64,000 bases of DNA from an uncultured Chloroflexia bacterium (GCA_963732805.1 CAVTAW010000002.1:538463-602462); one strand, 5' to 3'. Positions 27,668-37,842 are shown, counted from the first letter of the stretch. The notes: generated from the sequence alone by a model not told the origin. A program made the numbers and translations.

Positions 27668-28710
27668 GCGCTCCGTTCCTCGGTGACCAGGCGCGGTGCC
27701 GGTACCGCCGGCAGGATCCGGGCGAGCACCGCGTCAGGCGTGACCTCTTCCGCGAGGGCCGCGAAGCTGGGCACGATGCGGTGGCGCAGGACGTCCGGGG
27801 CGAGGTCCGCGATGTCGGCCGGGATCACGTACCGGCGGCCGCGCAGGAGCGCCAGCGCCCGGGCAGCGTGGACGAGGTTGATCGAGCCGCGCGGGCTGGC
27901 GCCGAACGCGATGTAGGGCTTGAGCTCGGCCTGGCCGACCCGCTCCGGCTGGCGCGTCGCTGCGACGATCGCCACGGCGTACGCAACGATCGCCGGATCG
28001 ACGTAGATCTCGGGAGTCGCCGCCTGGAGCACGGCCAGGCTGCTCGCATCAAGCACGGTGCGGACGGTCGCGGCCGGCCGGAGCGAACGCTCCACGACCG
28101 CCGCCTCCTCGGCCGTGGTCGGGTAGCCGACGACGACCTTCATCATGAACCGGTCCACCTGGGCCTCGGGCAGGGGATAGGTGCCTTCCGATTCGATGGG
28201 GTTCTGGGTGGCCATCACTAGGAACGGGCTGGGGACCGGATGGGTCTCGCGGCCGATCGTGACCTGTCGCTCCTGCATCACCTCGAGCAGCGCCGACTGG
28301 ACCTTCGCGGGGGCGCGGTTGATCTCGTCGGCGAGCAGGAAGTTGCAGAACACGGGCCCGAGCTCGGTGTCGAACGAGCCGGTCGAGGGCCGGTAGATGC
28401 GCGTCCCCACGAGGTCGGCGGGGACCAGGTCGGGCGTGAACTGGATGCGCCGGAACGACGCGTCGAGCGCCTCCGCGAGCGTCCGGATCGTCAGCGTCTT
28501 GGCCAGGCCGGGCACGCCCTCCAGCAGCAGGTGCCCGCCGGCGAGCAGCGCGACGAGGACCCGCTCGAGCATCGCGTCCTGGCCCACGATCACCCGCCGG
28601 ATCTCGAACAGGACGGCTTCCGCCGCCACGCGGGGATCGAGCGGGTCGGGCGCGGGATGCGGCGCGGCGCGGGATGCGGCGCGGGCGCCGGGCGAACGGG
28701 ATCGAGTCAT
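27664..28710 (-). CDS. moxR: MoxR-family AAA+ ATPase
   Basis: ATG at 28710 follows GGAGG. Walker [12 protein letters not shown]. ..[17 protein letters not shown].. ..[19 protein letters not shown].. Confidence 0.9.
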   Translation of the reverse strand: MTRSRSPGARAASRAAPHPAPDPLDPRVAAEAVLFEIRRVIVGQDAMLERVLVALLAGGHLLLEGVPGLAKTLTIRTLAEALDASFRRIQFTPDLVPADLVGTRIYRPSTGSFDTELGPVFCNFLLADEINRAPAKVQSALLEVMQERQVTIGRETHPVPSPFLVMATQNPIESEGTYPLPEAQVDRFMMKVVVGYPTTAEEAAVVERSLRPAATVRTVLDASSLAVLQAATPEIYVDPAIVAYAVAIVAATRQPERVGQAELKPYIAFGASPRGSINLVHAARALALLRGRRYVIPADIADLAPDVLRHRIVPSFAALAEEVTPDAVLARILPAVPAPRLVTEERSA

Positions 28711-28977
28711 GGGAACCTCCGGGACCCGCGGGCGCGGGCGATGCGGATGCATGGACTCGCGGCCCGGGCACGTGGCCCCGCAGCGGCGACCGGGTGCGTG
28801 AGCGGTCGCCCACGGGGTGGATGGTTCCGGTCGTGGCTGAGAGTTCCCTGACAGGCGACGACCGTGAGGAGATCGACAGCGGATCTCAACCCGACCGCAA
28901 CACCGCGCGGACCCGGATGGCTCGAGCCCGGCTCCGTGCGCGGGAGCCGGCCCCGCGGTGTTCGGGGCCCGGCCGGT

Positions 28978-29697
28978 TCAGCTGCCCTGGGCCATGCTCC
29001 AGATCGTCCAGAACTGGGTCCGGAGCCGTCGCGGCTGCTCGAGCACGGTGCGTACCGCGAACGCGATGTCCTCGGGCCGCAGGAAGGTCTGCAGCTCGGG
29101 CATGTCCTCGGTGCGCCCGGTCCCGATCGCGAACTCGGTGGAGGTGCCGGCCGGGCCGATCGTCGTGACCCGGATCCCCTTCTCACGCAGCTCGCGGTCG
29201 AGGGCTCCAGCGAGGCCCACCTGGGCGAACTTGGTCGCCGCGTAGACGGCCTCGTCCGCGCCCCCACGGAACCCGGCCACCGACGCGATGATCACGATGT
29301 CGCCGTGGCCCGCCGCCTCCATCGCGGGCACGACGGCGCGGATCGGCCACACCGTCCCGGCGACGTTGGTGTCCAGCATCGTGGTGATGGCCTCGTCGGT
29401 GTGATCGAGGATCCCGCCGTAGAGCCCGATGCCGGCGTTGGCGATGAGGCTGTCCACGCGGCCGAAGCGATCCAGCGCGGTCGCCACCAGGCGGTGGCAA
29501 TCGCCGGGCGACCGGACGTCCATCTCCACCGCCACCGCTCGCTCGGGGTACGCCTGCTCGATCTCGACCAGGCGCTCGCGGCGACGCGCGCCCAGCACCA
29601 CGCGTGCCCCGGCGCCCAGCAGCTCGTGCGCGGTCGCGCGCCCGATGCCGGCGCTGCCACCGGTGACGACGGCAACCGTGTCAGTGAGCGATGCCAT
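28978..29697 (-). CDS. Short-chain dehydrogenase/reductase
   Basis: Real part of ORF 28978..30087. ATG at 29697 follows GGAGGT. TGGSAGIG, NAG, YAATK motifs. Confidence 0.85.
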   Translation of the reverse strand: MASLTDTVAVVTGGSAGIGRATAHELLGAGARVVLGARRRERLVEIEQAYPERAVAVEMDVRSPGDCHRLVATALDRFGRVDSLIANAGIGLYGGILDHTDEAITTMLDTNVAGTVWPIRAVVPAMEAAGHGDIVIIASVAGFRGGADEAVYAATKFAQVGLAGALDRELREKGIRVTTIGPAGTSTEFAIGTGRTEDMPELQTFLRPEDIAFAVRTVLEQPRRLRTQFWTIWSMAQGS

Positions 29698-29857
29698 GGG
29701 CGGACCTCCGGAGCTCGTTTGCACGATGTCCATGATCGGCGCAATCGAGCTCGTGCGCACCTCCGTTCGGCAAGATTCGCCGTCATCCGCCTGAACGGTG
29801 CGGCTGCGACGATCCGGGCGAACAGGACGGCGCGTCCCCCCAACGATCGGAGACCAG

Positions 29858-30538
29858 ATGTCGACCCGCCTGCCCGCCGCCATCGTCCTCGTTGCTGCCA
29901 TGAGCGTGGCGTTCGCTGCGTGCGGCGACGCCTCGAGCACCAGCCCGGCGCTCTCGACCGCTGCCGCGACCGTTCCAGCTGCCGGCGCCGAGCCATCGGC
30001 CACAGCGGGCGCACCCTCGACGGCGAGCGCCGCGGGGGCAACCAATTCCGCGGCGCTCTCGTGCACGGCTCCCGCAGCGGCGACCATCGCCGAGACCGAG
30101 GGACCGTACTACCGCCCCGGTGCCCCAGAGACCGCCAACCTGGTCACGGACGGGATGGCGGGCACGCGACTGACCCTGACCGGGTACGTGGTCACCACGG
30201 ACTGCGACCCGATCGCGAACGCGAAGGTGGAGACCTGGCAGGCCGACTCGACCGGGACCTACGACAACAGCGGATACACGCTGCGGGGCTACGTGCTGAC
30301 CGACGCCGACGGCCGGTTCACCATCCTGACCATCGTCCCGGGCGAGTACCCGGGCCGTACCGAGCACATCCACGTCAAGGTCACGCCGCCGGGTGGCAGC
30401 ACCCTCACCACCCAGGTCTACTTCCCGGGTACGGCGGCCAACGACGCCGACGGGATCTATGACCCGAGCCTGCTGCTCGACATCGCGACGACCGGCGACG
30501 GTCTGGTCGGTACCTACACGTTCGTCGTCGCGGCCTGA
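29858..30538 (+). CDS. Intradiol-dioxygenase-family lipoprotein (exported)
   Basis: Lipobox ..MSVAFAAC. ..TEGPYYRPG..VETWQADSTGTY..GRTEHIHVKV.. (intradiol Fe ligand region). Confidence 0.7.
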   Translation: MSTRLPAAIVLVAAMSVAFAACGDASSTSPALSTAAATVPAAGAEPSATAGAPSTASAAGATNSAALSCTAPAAATIAETEGPYYRPGAPETANLVTDGMAGTRLTLTGYVVTTDCDPIANAKVETWQADSTGTYDNSGYTLRGYVLTDADGRFTILTIVPGEYPGRTEHIHVKVTPPGGSTLTTQVYFPGTAANDADGIYDPSLLLDIATTGDGLVGTYTFVVAA

Positions 30539-30556
30539 GCGGGAGCCAGACCGGCC

Positions 30557-31573
30557 TCAGCCGTCCGCATTGGACGCCAGCCGGCGCCACACATCGTCAT
30601 CCCGCAAGGCGTCGAGTGCCGCGCGGAACCGACCCTGCAGCTCCACCCAGGCACGGCGCGCCTCCGTCGCCGGCAGGCCGACGAGGGTCAGCGGCTGGCC
30701 CGGCCGGACCTGGCCGACCCTCGGCAGCTCGAAGCGGGGGATCACGCCGACGACCGGATAGCCCCCAATCGTCGGTCCATCGACCCCGAGCACGATCAGC
30801 CGTCCGTCGGCCGGAAGCTGGATGCTCCCCGGGATCACCGGGTGCGACAGGATCTCCCTCCCGGCCGGAAGGGCGGTTCCGTCGAGCCGGATCCCCATCC
30901 GGTCCGTCTCGCTGCTCGCGTGCCATCGGGTCGCGACGAGGCGTTCGATCGTGTCGTCGGGAAGGTCCCGGAGATCCGGTCCGGGCACGAACGCCACGGG
31001 CGTCCGGAGCGTCGCGGGGTGCGGAGCGAGCGTCGTTGGCCAGCGGCGCCCGGCGCCGCCGAGGTCGCCGCGCCGAATGGGCCGCAACCGGTCTCCCCGC
31101 TGCAGGGCTCGACCCTCCAGGCCGCCAAGGTGCGCGACGGCGAGCGTGGAGGCGGAACCCAGGACGCGCGGCACATCCACGCCGCCCGCGAGACCGATGT
31201 AGGCGCGCATCCCGCGGGCGGACCCGTTGGAAGCGCCGGACCCGGTGGACGCGCCGGACCCGGCGAACCGGACGCGCGACCCGGACGGCAACCGGTGCGC
31301 GGCGTCCGTCGCCAGCTGCATGCCGTCGTCGCGCTCGGCGTCCAGGTCCGCGCCGGCCAAGGCGATCGTGCAGGTCTCCACCGCCAGCAGCTCCGCGCCC
31401 CCCAGCGTCACCTCGATCGCGGCGCCGTCGGGCGGCGCCTCGGCCAGCGCGTTCGCCACGCCAAGCCCCCACCAATCGGCGGCGCCGGAAGGTGGGACGC
31501 CGATCTGGGCCAGACCGGTCCGGCCGGGATCCTGGACGCTCAGCAGGTATCCCTGGTCGATCACCTCGAGCAC
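30557..31573 (-). CDS. pxpC: 5-oxoprolinase subunit C (biotin-independent carboxyltransferase-like, KipA family)
   Basis: MLEVIDQGYLLSVQDPGRTGLAQIGVPPSGAAD.. Follows pxpB. Confidence 0.8.
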   Translation of the reverse strand: MLEVIDQGYLLSVQDPGRTGLAQIGVPPSGAADWWGLGVANALAEAPPDGAAIEVTLGGAELLAVETCTIALAGADLDAERDDGMQLATDAAHRLPSGSRVRFAGSGASTGSGASNGSARGMRAYIGLAGGVDVPRVLGSASTLAVAHLGGLEGRALQRGDRLRPIRRGDLGGAGRRWPTTLAPHPATLRTPVAFVPGPDLRDLPDDTIERLVATRWHASSETDRMGIRLDGTALPAGREILSHPVIPGSIQLPADGRLIVLGVDGPTIGGYPVVGVIPRFELPRVGQVRPGQPLTLVGLPATEARRAWVELQGRFRAALDALRDDDVWRRLASNADG

Positions 31574-31577
31574 GGGG

Positions 31578-32267
31578 TCACCCGGGCACGAATCGCACCC
31601 GATCGCCGGGCGCCAGCAACGTCGGTCGTTCGCGCGCCGGGTCCCAGAGCACGACCGTCGTGCGGCCCAGGATGTGCCAGCCGCCGGGCGTCTCGAACGG
31701 GTAGATGCCGGTCTGGCGGCCGGCGATCGCCACGCTGCCGGGCGGCACCTGGACCCGAGGCGTGGCGCGCCGGGGCAGCTCGAGTGTGGGCGGCAGGATG
31801 CCCAGGTAGGGAAACCCGGGGACGAATCCCAGCGCGAGCACGCGGTGCTCGATGCTCGCGTGCAGCCGGACCACCTCGGTCTCGGTCAGCCCGGTCCGCC
31901 GGGCGACATCCACCAGATCCGGACCGTGCTCGCCGCCGTAGACGACCGGGATCTCGCGAACGAGCGTGTCCGCGGACTGTGCGGCATCGGCCCATCGGTG
32001 GGCGGCCGCCTCCCGCACGACCGACGCCAGGAGGTCCCGGACCACGTGCTCGGTGACCCGGTCCGGATCGAACGGGACGAGCACCGACGCATGGCCGGGG
32101 ACGGGCCGGCCGACACCCGGCGTGGACGCCCGGCGCAGCTCGAGGGTCGCCGCGATCCGGTGGGCCAGCGCATTGGCGGTAACGTCGAGCGCGTCGCCGA
32201 TGGTCACCAGGAGCGCGGCATCACCCAGCGGCTCGATCCGCGGATCGTTGGCACCCGCATCAGCCAC
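31578..32267 (-). CDS. pxpB: 5-oxoprolinase subunit B (KipI family)
   Basis: ..EIPVVYGGEHGPDL.. ..FVPGFPYLG.. ..GSVAIAGRQTGIYP.. Confidence 0.8.
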   Translation of the reverse strand: MADAGANDPRIEPLGDAALLVTIGDALDVTANALAHRIAATLELRRASTPGVGRPVPGHASVLVPFDPDRVTEHVVRDLLASVVREAAAHRWADAAQSADTLVREIPVVYGGEHGPDLVDVARRTGLTETEVVRLHASIEHRVLALGFVPGFPYLGILPPTLELPRRATPRVQVPPGSVAIAGRQTGIYPFETPGGWHILGRTTVVLWDPARERPTLLAPGDRVRFVPG

Positions 32268-33024
32268 CGGGTGCCCGGACCTCGACCCCCGCCTCCGCCA
32301 GCCTGCGCCGGATCACGGCCGCCATGGCCTCTGCCCCAGGCGTGTCGCCGTGGATGCACAGCGTGTCCACGCGGAGGGTCAGCTCCGAGCCGTCACTCGC
32401 GACGACCCGGCCGTCCCGCACGATGGACACCGCCTGCCGGGCCGCCGCCTCCGGATCGTCGTGGAGCGCCCCCGCAAGCTCGCGAGCCCGGAGCCGGCCA
32501 TCGGGCTCGTAGACCCGATCGGCGAAGCCCTCGACCAGCGTCGGGAGGCCCGCGGTGTCGGCCGCCTCGAGCAGCACGGACCCGGGGGAGGTGACCACGC
32601 GCAGGGCCGGATCGAGGCGGAGCACGGCCTGGGCGAGCGCATCGGCGGCCGCGCGGTCGGCCGCAACGCGATGGTAGAGGGCGCCGTGGGCCTTCACATG
32701 CGTCAGCCGACTGCCGTCCGCCCGCGCGATTCCCGCGAGTGCCGCCACCTGGTACAGGACGGCGGCCTCGAGCTCATCGGGCGCCATGGCCATCGCACGG
32801 CGCCCGAACCCGACCAGGTCCGGGTACCCGGGATGCGCCCCGATCGCCACGCCGGCCTCGACGGCGAGCCTGACCGTGCGACGCATCGTGCGCGGGTCTC
32901 CGGCGTGGAAGCCGCACGCGACGTTGACCGAGCTGACGAGCGGGATGAGGGCCGCGTCGGCGCCCATCGACCACGGCCCAAGGCTCTCACCAACATCCGC
33001 GTTGAGGTCGATCGTGGCACCCAC
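32260..33024 (-). CDS. pxpA: 5-oxoprolinase subunit A (LamB/YcsF family)
   Basis: IDLNADVGES..NVACGFHAGDP.. Confidence 0.85.
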   Translation of the reverse strand: MGATIDLNADVGESLGPWSMGADAALIPLVSSVNVACGFHAGDPRTMRRTVRLAVEAGVAIGAHPGYPDLVGFGRRAMAMAPDELEAAVLYQVAALAGIARADGSRLTHVKAHGALYHRVAADRAAADALAQAVLRLDPALRVVTSPGSVLLEAADTAGLPTLVEGFADRVYEPDGRLRARELAGALHDDPEAAARQAVSIVRDGRVVASDGSELTLRVDTLCIHGDTPGAEAMAAVIRRRLAEAGVEVRAPGG

Positions 33025-33069
33025 CTCGCCATCCTACGCGTCGCGTGCACCTGACGGCAGACGCACCGT

Positions 33070-33765
33070 GTGTTCGATGCGCCGAACCCCGCGCAGGTAC
33101 CTTCGTGCAATTCCGCGGGCAGCCCGGGCCTCGTAGCATCGCGCTCGATGCAGCCCGATTCGTCAGACAGCCGCCTGCACTTCGTGCTCCAGCGGACGCC
33201 CGAGGAGATCTTCGAGCCGGATGTCGTCCCGGAGGCTCCCCTGGTGCGGTTCGTCGCCTACGCGCGACACCACCGGGTGTTCGGATGGGTCCGGCTCCAC
33301 GAGGAGCGCCTGACCGACCTCATCAACGCGCACCAGGAGCTGCTGCTCACGGACGTCGAGATCGAGAACCTCGAGGACGGCGAGACGCACTCCGCAGACC
33401 GGGTGGTCATCGACGCCGGGGAGCTGGTCGCGGTCCACGCCAGCGGCCCGCGCGGCGACGCGTCGCTGCGCCATCGGACGCGCCTCTATCCGATCGCGTT
33501 CCAGAGCGGCCACTACCTGGTGGGCGGGCATCTCCACGTGGAGCCCGGCGTGGACCCGTCGCTGGGCCTGCGCGACCGTCCACGGATGGTGCCGCTCACC
33601 GACGCGTGGATCGAGTACTGGTCGGGCGAACGGCGGGTGAAGCATGCGATCGGCATCATCATCGTGAACCGGGACGTGGCGGACTCGATCCGCATCGTGA
33701 GCGACGAGGAGCTGCTGGACGGGATGTTGCGGCCGGCTCCGGACCAGGCGTCAGCTTCCGCCTGA
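33070..33765 (+). CDS. Hypothetical protein
   Basis: Protein-like composition over ~200 aa. Start uncertain (33070 or ATG 33148). No family recognised. Confidence 0.45.
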   Translation: MFDAPNPAQVPSCNSAGSPGLVASRSMQPDSSDSRLHFVLQRTPEEIFEPDVVPEAPLVRFVAYARHHRVFGWVRLHEERLTDLINAHQELLLTDVEIENLEDGETHSADRVVIDAGELVAVHASGPRGDASLRHRTRLYPIAFQSGHYLVGGHLHVEPGVDPSLGLRDRPRMVPLTDAWIEYWSGERRVKHAIGIIIVNRDVADSIRIVSDEELLDGMLRPAPDQASASA

Positions 33766-33802
33766 CGCCCCGGCGAGGCTGGCGGTGCGTGATGGCCGCG
33801 GC

Positions 33803-34630
33803 TCAGCCCTGCTCGACGACGCGTTCGCGCAGCAGGCGCTGGGCCGCCGGGTCGATGCCGAGGCCGTCCGCGAAGTACCCGGCGATGGATCCGAAGGAGG
33901 TCCGGACGGTGTCCAGTGACGCGGCCAGGTACTCGGGACGCACCCCGATCATCGGCTCGAGCAGCGCCGGGTCGCCGCCGTTCGCGGCGAAGGCCATCAG
34001 GTGCGGCTCGAACTGCGCCCGCAGCGCGGGGTCCATGCGCAGGTAGTCGGCCAGCACCGCGTCTTCGGACACGCCCACCAGGAGCAGCAGGGCGGCCGCG
34101 GCCCAGCCGGTGCGGTCCTTGCCCGTCGCACAGTGGAACAGGGATGGCCGTGAGGGATCGGCGATGATCCCCTCGAACAGCCGCCGATAGGCCCGCAGGG
34201 CGCTGGGGAGCGTGACGAACTCGCGGTACTTGGCGGTGAAGATCCGCTCGGCACCGCCGTCTCCGAGGGCCGTCGCGGCAATGCGCGGATCGCTCAGCAG
34301 CACCGCAAGCCCGCTGGGCGACGTTGCCTCGGACGCGTCCTCGAGGACATCCGCGATCACGTACGCGACGGTGGACGGGACATGATCGGGCCGGGTGGTC
34401 CGCTCCGCTGCGGTCCGCAGGTCGTACACGGTGCGGACACCGAGGTCCGTCACGCAGGCCGCGGTGGCGTTATACGGGCCGCCCAGGTCGCCGGAGCGAA
34501 ACAGGAGCCCGGATCTCACCCGGCCGCCGCTGGATGTGCGATGGCCGCCGAGATCGCGCAGGTTGACCACCGACCGCGTCGGCGGGGACATCGGGGAGGG
34601 GCCGACCGGGTCGGGCGAGGCAGATGCCAT
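33803..34630 (-). CDS. Protein tyrosine/serine phosphatase (Y_phosphatase3-like)
   Basis: CX5R P-loop HCATGKDRTG. Confidence 0.8.
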   Translation of the reverse strand: MASASPDPVGPSPMSPPTRSVVNLRDLGGHRTSSGGRVRSGLLFRSGDLGGPYNATAACVTDLGVRTVYDLRTAAERTTRPDHVPSTVAYVIADVLEDASEATSPSGLAVLLSDPRIAATALGDGGAERIFTAKYREFVTLPSALRAYRRLFEGIIADPSRPSLFHCATGKDRTGWAAAALLLLVGVSEDAVLADYLRMDPALRAQFEPHLMAFAANGGDPALLEPMIGVRPEYLAASLDTVRTSFGSIAGYFADGLGIDPAAQRLLRERVVEQG

Positions 34631-34753
34631 CTCAGCCCTGGCCTGCGTCGCGCCGTCTCGGCCGGCCTTGAATCGTCGAGCGCGCCGGGATCGGCATGAC
34701 CCCGACGCGCTCGTGTGGCTGCATCCGGCCCGATGGACCTGGAGCAGCGGTGC

Positions 34754-35350
34754 TCAGGCGGGCGCCGCGTGATGCTCCTGCTGCGACTTGGCCACGGGTC
34801 GCGGGAACATGATCACGATGTTGAACCAGCCCAGGAATGCTCCGAGCATCCCGGCCAGGATCGCCGGGACCGCGGTGAGCAACGGGAGCAGGTAGTTGAA
34901 GTCGGCCGAGACGGAGAAGCCGCCGTAGGTCACGTACAGGCCCGTGAAGAAGGTCGCGAGGCCCATCGAGATGCCATTGAAGAACGGCAGCCCGCCCTGG
35001 CCGTCGGTCACGGGCAGGTACTTCATCGCGTAGATGACGGGGCAGAACGCGAGGAACAGGCCGATGAACCAGGCCACGTCGCCGGTGCTCACGAGGCTGG
35101 CATCGGTCACCTTGGCCACGAGCAGCGAGAACACGAGGACGATCGTGGCGCCGATGACGCCCAGGATGTAGGCCGGGATCATGATCTTGAGCGCGGACGG
35201 CTTCGCCCCCAGGGCGAAGTACTCGGCCCACACGATGAACGCGGTCCACAGGGGCAGGCTCCAGACGTCCAGCCACAGGCCGAACGGCAGGCTCACGACG
35301 ACCGTGATCGCGACCGCGAGCCACAAGGGAATAGTGTTCTTGACTTCCAC
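34754..35350 (-). CDS. DUF1097-like inner-membrane protein
   Basis: ORF 34754..35455. GTG at 35350 follows GGAGGT. 5-6 TM segments. Confidence 0.55.
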   Translation of the reverse strand: MEVKNTIPLWLAVAITVVVSLPFGLWLDVWSLPLWTAFIVWAEYFALGAKPSALKIMIPAYILGVIGATIVLVFSLLVAKVTDASLVSTGDVAWFIGLFLAFCPVIYAMKYLPVTDGQGGLPFFNGISMGLATFFTGLYVTYGGFSVSADFNYLLPLLTAVPAILAGMLGAFLGWFNIVIMFPRPVAKSQQEHHAAPA

Positions 35351-35472
35351 CGCGTACCTCCATGACCGACCGGGGGGTCCGGACGCCGGGGCTTGCGGTG
35401 CGATGGACAGGTTTCGCTTCCCGTCCCGGGACGCGTCACTCGGGGTGGCGCCCATGGTGAAGTGGTCGGCTG

Positions 35473-35493
35473 ATTATCGATTATAGATTATCG
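35473..35493. promoter_or_regulatory. ATCGAT-core operator, site a. On the minus strand a TATAAT box directly abuts CGATAATC
   Basis: ATTATCGATTATAGATTATCG in the divergent region between DUF1097 and C_GCAxxG_C_C. Confidence 0.6.
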
Positions 35494-35540
35494 TTCAACC
35501 CTCGGTACGGGGTTTTCGACACGGCACGGGAGTCGAGGTC

Positions 35541-36065
35541 ATGCGAGACCGGCAGGCAGGCGACCCGGCAACGGATGAGGCGATCCAGCGGGCCCGCGAC
35601 GCGTTCCTGGACGACCGTCACGTGTACGGATGCGCAGAGACGGCGTTCGTCGTCCTCAAGCGGCGCTTCGGGCTGCCCGATCCGGACGACTCCGCGGCGG
35701 CGATGGCGCTCAACGGCGGTGTCGCCTGGACGGGCGGTCCGTGCGGCGCCGTGACCGGGGCCGCGCTCGCGATCGGGCTGCTCGCCGCGGACCGGATCCT
35801 CGACCATGCGCTCGCCAAGCGTGTCGCACGCGAGCTGGTTGCCGGCCTGATGGACGAGTTCACGGCGCGGTACGGCTCGCTGGACTGTCGCGACCTCGTC
35901 GGCATGGACCTCCGGGGCCCGGGGGCGCATGCCGCGTTCATCGAGCACGGTGGCTGGCGTGTCACGTGCATGGAACAGATCGAGTGGGTCGTCAGTTCCG
36001 CGTCGCGACTGGCCGACCCGGATACCTGGGATGCCACCGTCGACGGGATCGGGCGCGACGACTGA
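35541..36065 (+). CDS. C_GCAxxG_C_C-family putative redox protein
   Basis: ..YGCAETAFVVL.. ..GGPCGAVTGAALAIG.. ..LDCRDLVG.. ..VTCMEQI.. cysteine pattern. Confidence 0.75.
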   Translation: MRDRQAGDPATDEAIQRARDAFLDDRHVYGCAETAFVVLKRRFGLPDPDDSAAAMALNGGVAWTGGPCGAVTGAALAIGLLAADRILDHALAKRVARELVAGLMDEFTARYGSLDCRDLVGMDLRGPGAHAAFIEHGGWRVTCMEQIEWVVSSASRLADPDTWDATVDGIGRDD

Positions 36066-36117
36066 CGGCGCGACCCTGGCGGCGCGACCCCGGCGGCGCG
36101 ACCCCGGCGGCGCGGCG
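36064..36117. repeat. Short GC-rich tandem repeat (14-bp unit GGCGGCGCGACCCC, 2 perfect and 2 partial copies)
   Basis: Read directly from the sequence. Begins within the stop codon (TGA 36063-36065) of the C_GCAxxG_C_C gene. Confidence 0.7.
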
Positions 36118-36176
36118 TCCGCACGGCCGGGGCGGGCGCGGCGCTAGACTTCATGTCGCCCACGCCAGGAGCACAG

Positions 36177-36884
36177 ATGTCTCCGGACAGCACGATCTCG
36201 CGCAGCGTCCTCGCCGAACAGGTGAGGGACCATCTTCTCGAGGACATCCTCGCGGGGCGCTACCCGCCGCACACGCGGATCGTGGAGACGCGAATCGCGC
36301 GTGACCTCGGCACGAGCCAGGCGCCGGTCCGGGAGGCGCTCCGGGGCCTCGAGGCGCTGGGCGTGGTGGAGATCCTCCCGTTCCGCGGCGCACGGGTCCG
36401 CCGTCCGACAGCCGAGGAGCTGCTCGGCGCGTACGAGGTGCGGGCCGAGCTCGAAGCCCTCGGCGCCAGGCTGGGTGTGCCCAGGATGACCGACGCCGAC
36501 CTGGCCGAGCTCGAGGACCTGCTCGCAGCGATGGAGGAGGCCGCCAACTCCGGGGACCGCCACGAGGTCGCGATGCGCGACGCCGCGTTCCACGCGCGCC
36601 TGCTGCGCCTGGCGGGGAACGCCACGCTGGAGCGCGTGTGGGGCGGCCTGGAGCCCTTCTCCCGGACCTACCTCACGCTCGTCGCCCCGGGCGCGGACAT
36701 GCACTGGACGGCGGGCCTGCACCCCCCGATCATCGAGGCGCTCCGGCGCCGTGACGCGGCGGCCGTCGAGGCCGCATTGCGCCACCACTTCGAGCAGGCG
36801 AGCCGGCACCTGATCGAAGGGTGGCAACCCGCCGGTGAGGGCGAGCGACGCGCTGTCGGCGGGCGGGACGCGGCAGCCCCGTAG
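36177..36884 (+). CDS. GntR-family regulator, FadR subfamily (FCD domain), paralog 1
   Basis: ATG at 36177 follows AGGAG. wHTH ..RIVETRIARDLGTSQAPVREALRGLEALGVVE.., then a helical FCD domain. Confidence 0.85.
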   Translation: MSPDSTISRSVLAEQVRDHLLEDILAGRYPPHTRIVETRIARDLGTSQAPVREALRGLEALGVVEILPFRGARVRRPTAEELLGAYEVRAELEALGARLGVPRMTDADLAELEDLLAAMEEAANSGDRHEVAMRDAAFHARLLRLAGNATLERVWGGLEPFSRTYLTLVAPGADMHWTAGLHPPIIEALRRRDAAAVEAALRHHFEQASRHLIEGWQPAGEGERRAVGGRDAAAP

Positions 36885-36897
36885 ACCCGGCGCGCGA

Positions 36898-37842
36898 TCA
36901 GGACGGGGCGAGCGTCGCCCGCACCTGCTCCGCGACCCGTGATGCCGACAGTCCGTAGATGTCCAGCAGCGCGTCGTTGGGGCCCGACTGCGGGTAGACG
37001 TCCCGCAGCCCGATGCGGTGGACCGGGGTCGGCAGGAGCTCGCCCAGCGTCTCCGCAACCAGCCCGCCGAGCCCACCCAGGATCGTGTGCTCCTCGACGG
37101 TGATCACGCGGCCCGTTCGGCCCGCCGCGGCAACGATCGACGCCGAGTCCACCGGCTTGATCGTCGGCAGGTGGACGACGTGGGCATCGATGCCGTCGGC
37201 CGCGAGCAGCTCGGCCGCATCGACCACGCGTGGCGTCTGGGATCCCGTGCTGATCAGGGTCACGTCCGTGCCCTCCCGGATCGTGACGGCACGCCCGAGC
37301 TCGAACTGGTAGCTGGCGTCGAACAGGCGCTGGGTCGCGTCGCGGACAAGCCGCACGTAGACCGGTCCCGGGTAGCCGGCTGCCCAGCGCAGGACCTGGG
37401 CGGCCTCCACGTCATCGGCGGGGGCGACGCTGACCATGCCCGGCATCGCCCGCATGATCGAGAGGTCGTCCACGATGATGTGGCTCATTCCCGTCATGCC
37501 CGTGAACAGGCCGGCGTAGCTGGGCGTGATCTTGACGTTCAGCCCCGTCTGGGCGATCAGCACCCGGATCTGGTCGAGCGGCCGAACGACCGCGAACGAG
37601 ACGAAGGTGCTGATGAACGGCACCAGGCCCATCGTGGCCAGGCCGGCCGCCACCCCGAGCATGTTCTGCTCGGCGATCCCCATCTGCAGGTACCGGTCCG
37701 GGTGGGCCTTCTCGAAGATGTCGCCCTTGGTCGAGCTGCCGACGTCCCCGTCGAGCATCACGATCCGTGGGTCATCGACCGCCAGCGACGCGACGGTCTC
37801 GCCGAAGATCTCGCGCATCGGCCGGCCCATGGGCAGCGTCAT
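36898..37842 (-). CDS. Transketolase, C-terminal (pyrimidine-binding) subunit
   Basis: ORF 36898..38094. ATG at 37842 overlaps the upstream stop. ..YLQMGIAEQNMLGVAAGLA.. Confidence 0.85.
   Translation of the reverse strand: MTLPMGRPMREIFGETVASLAVDDPRIVMLDGDVGSSTKGDIFEKAHPDRYLQMGIAEQNMLGVAAGLATMGLVPFISTFVSFAVVRPLDQIRVLIAQTGLNVKITPSYAGLFTGMTGMSHIIVDDLSIMRAMPGMVSVAPADDVEAAQVLRWAAGYPGPVYVRLVRDATQRLFDASYQFELGRAVTIREGTDVTLISTGSQTPRVVDAAELLAADGIDAHVVHLPTIKPVDSASIVAAAGRTGRVITVEEHTILGGLGGLVAETLGELLPTPVHRIGLRDVYPQSGPNDALLDIYGLSASRVAEQVRATLAPS

Noticed and set aside
25677-28710. MoxR - DUF58 - vWA triad as a novel system.
   Set aside because: This three-gene arrangement (MoxR ATPase, DUF58, BatA-like vWA protein) is a widespread, already described conserved module. 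Nothing here deviates from it.
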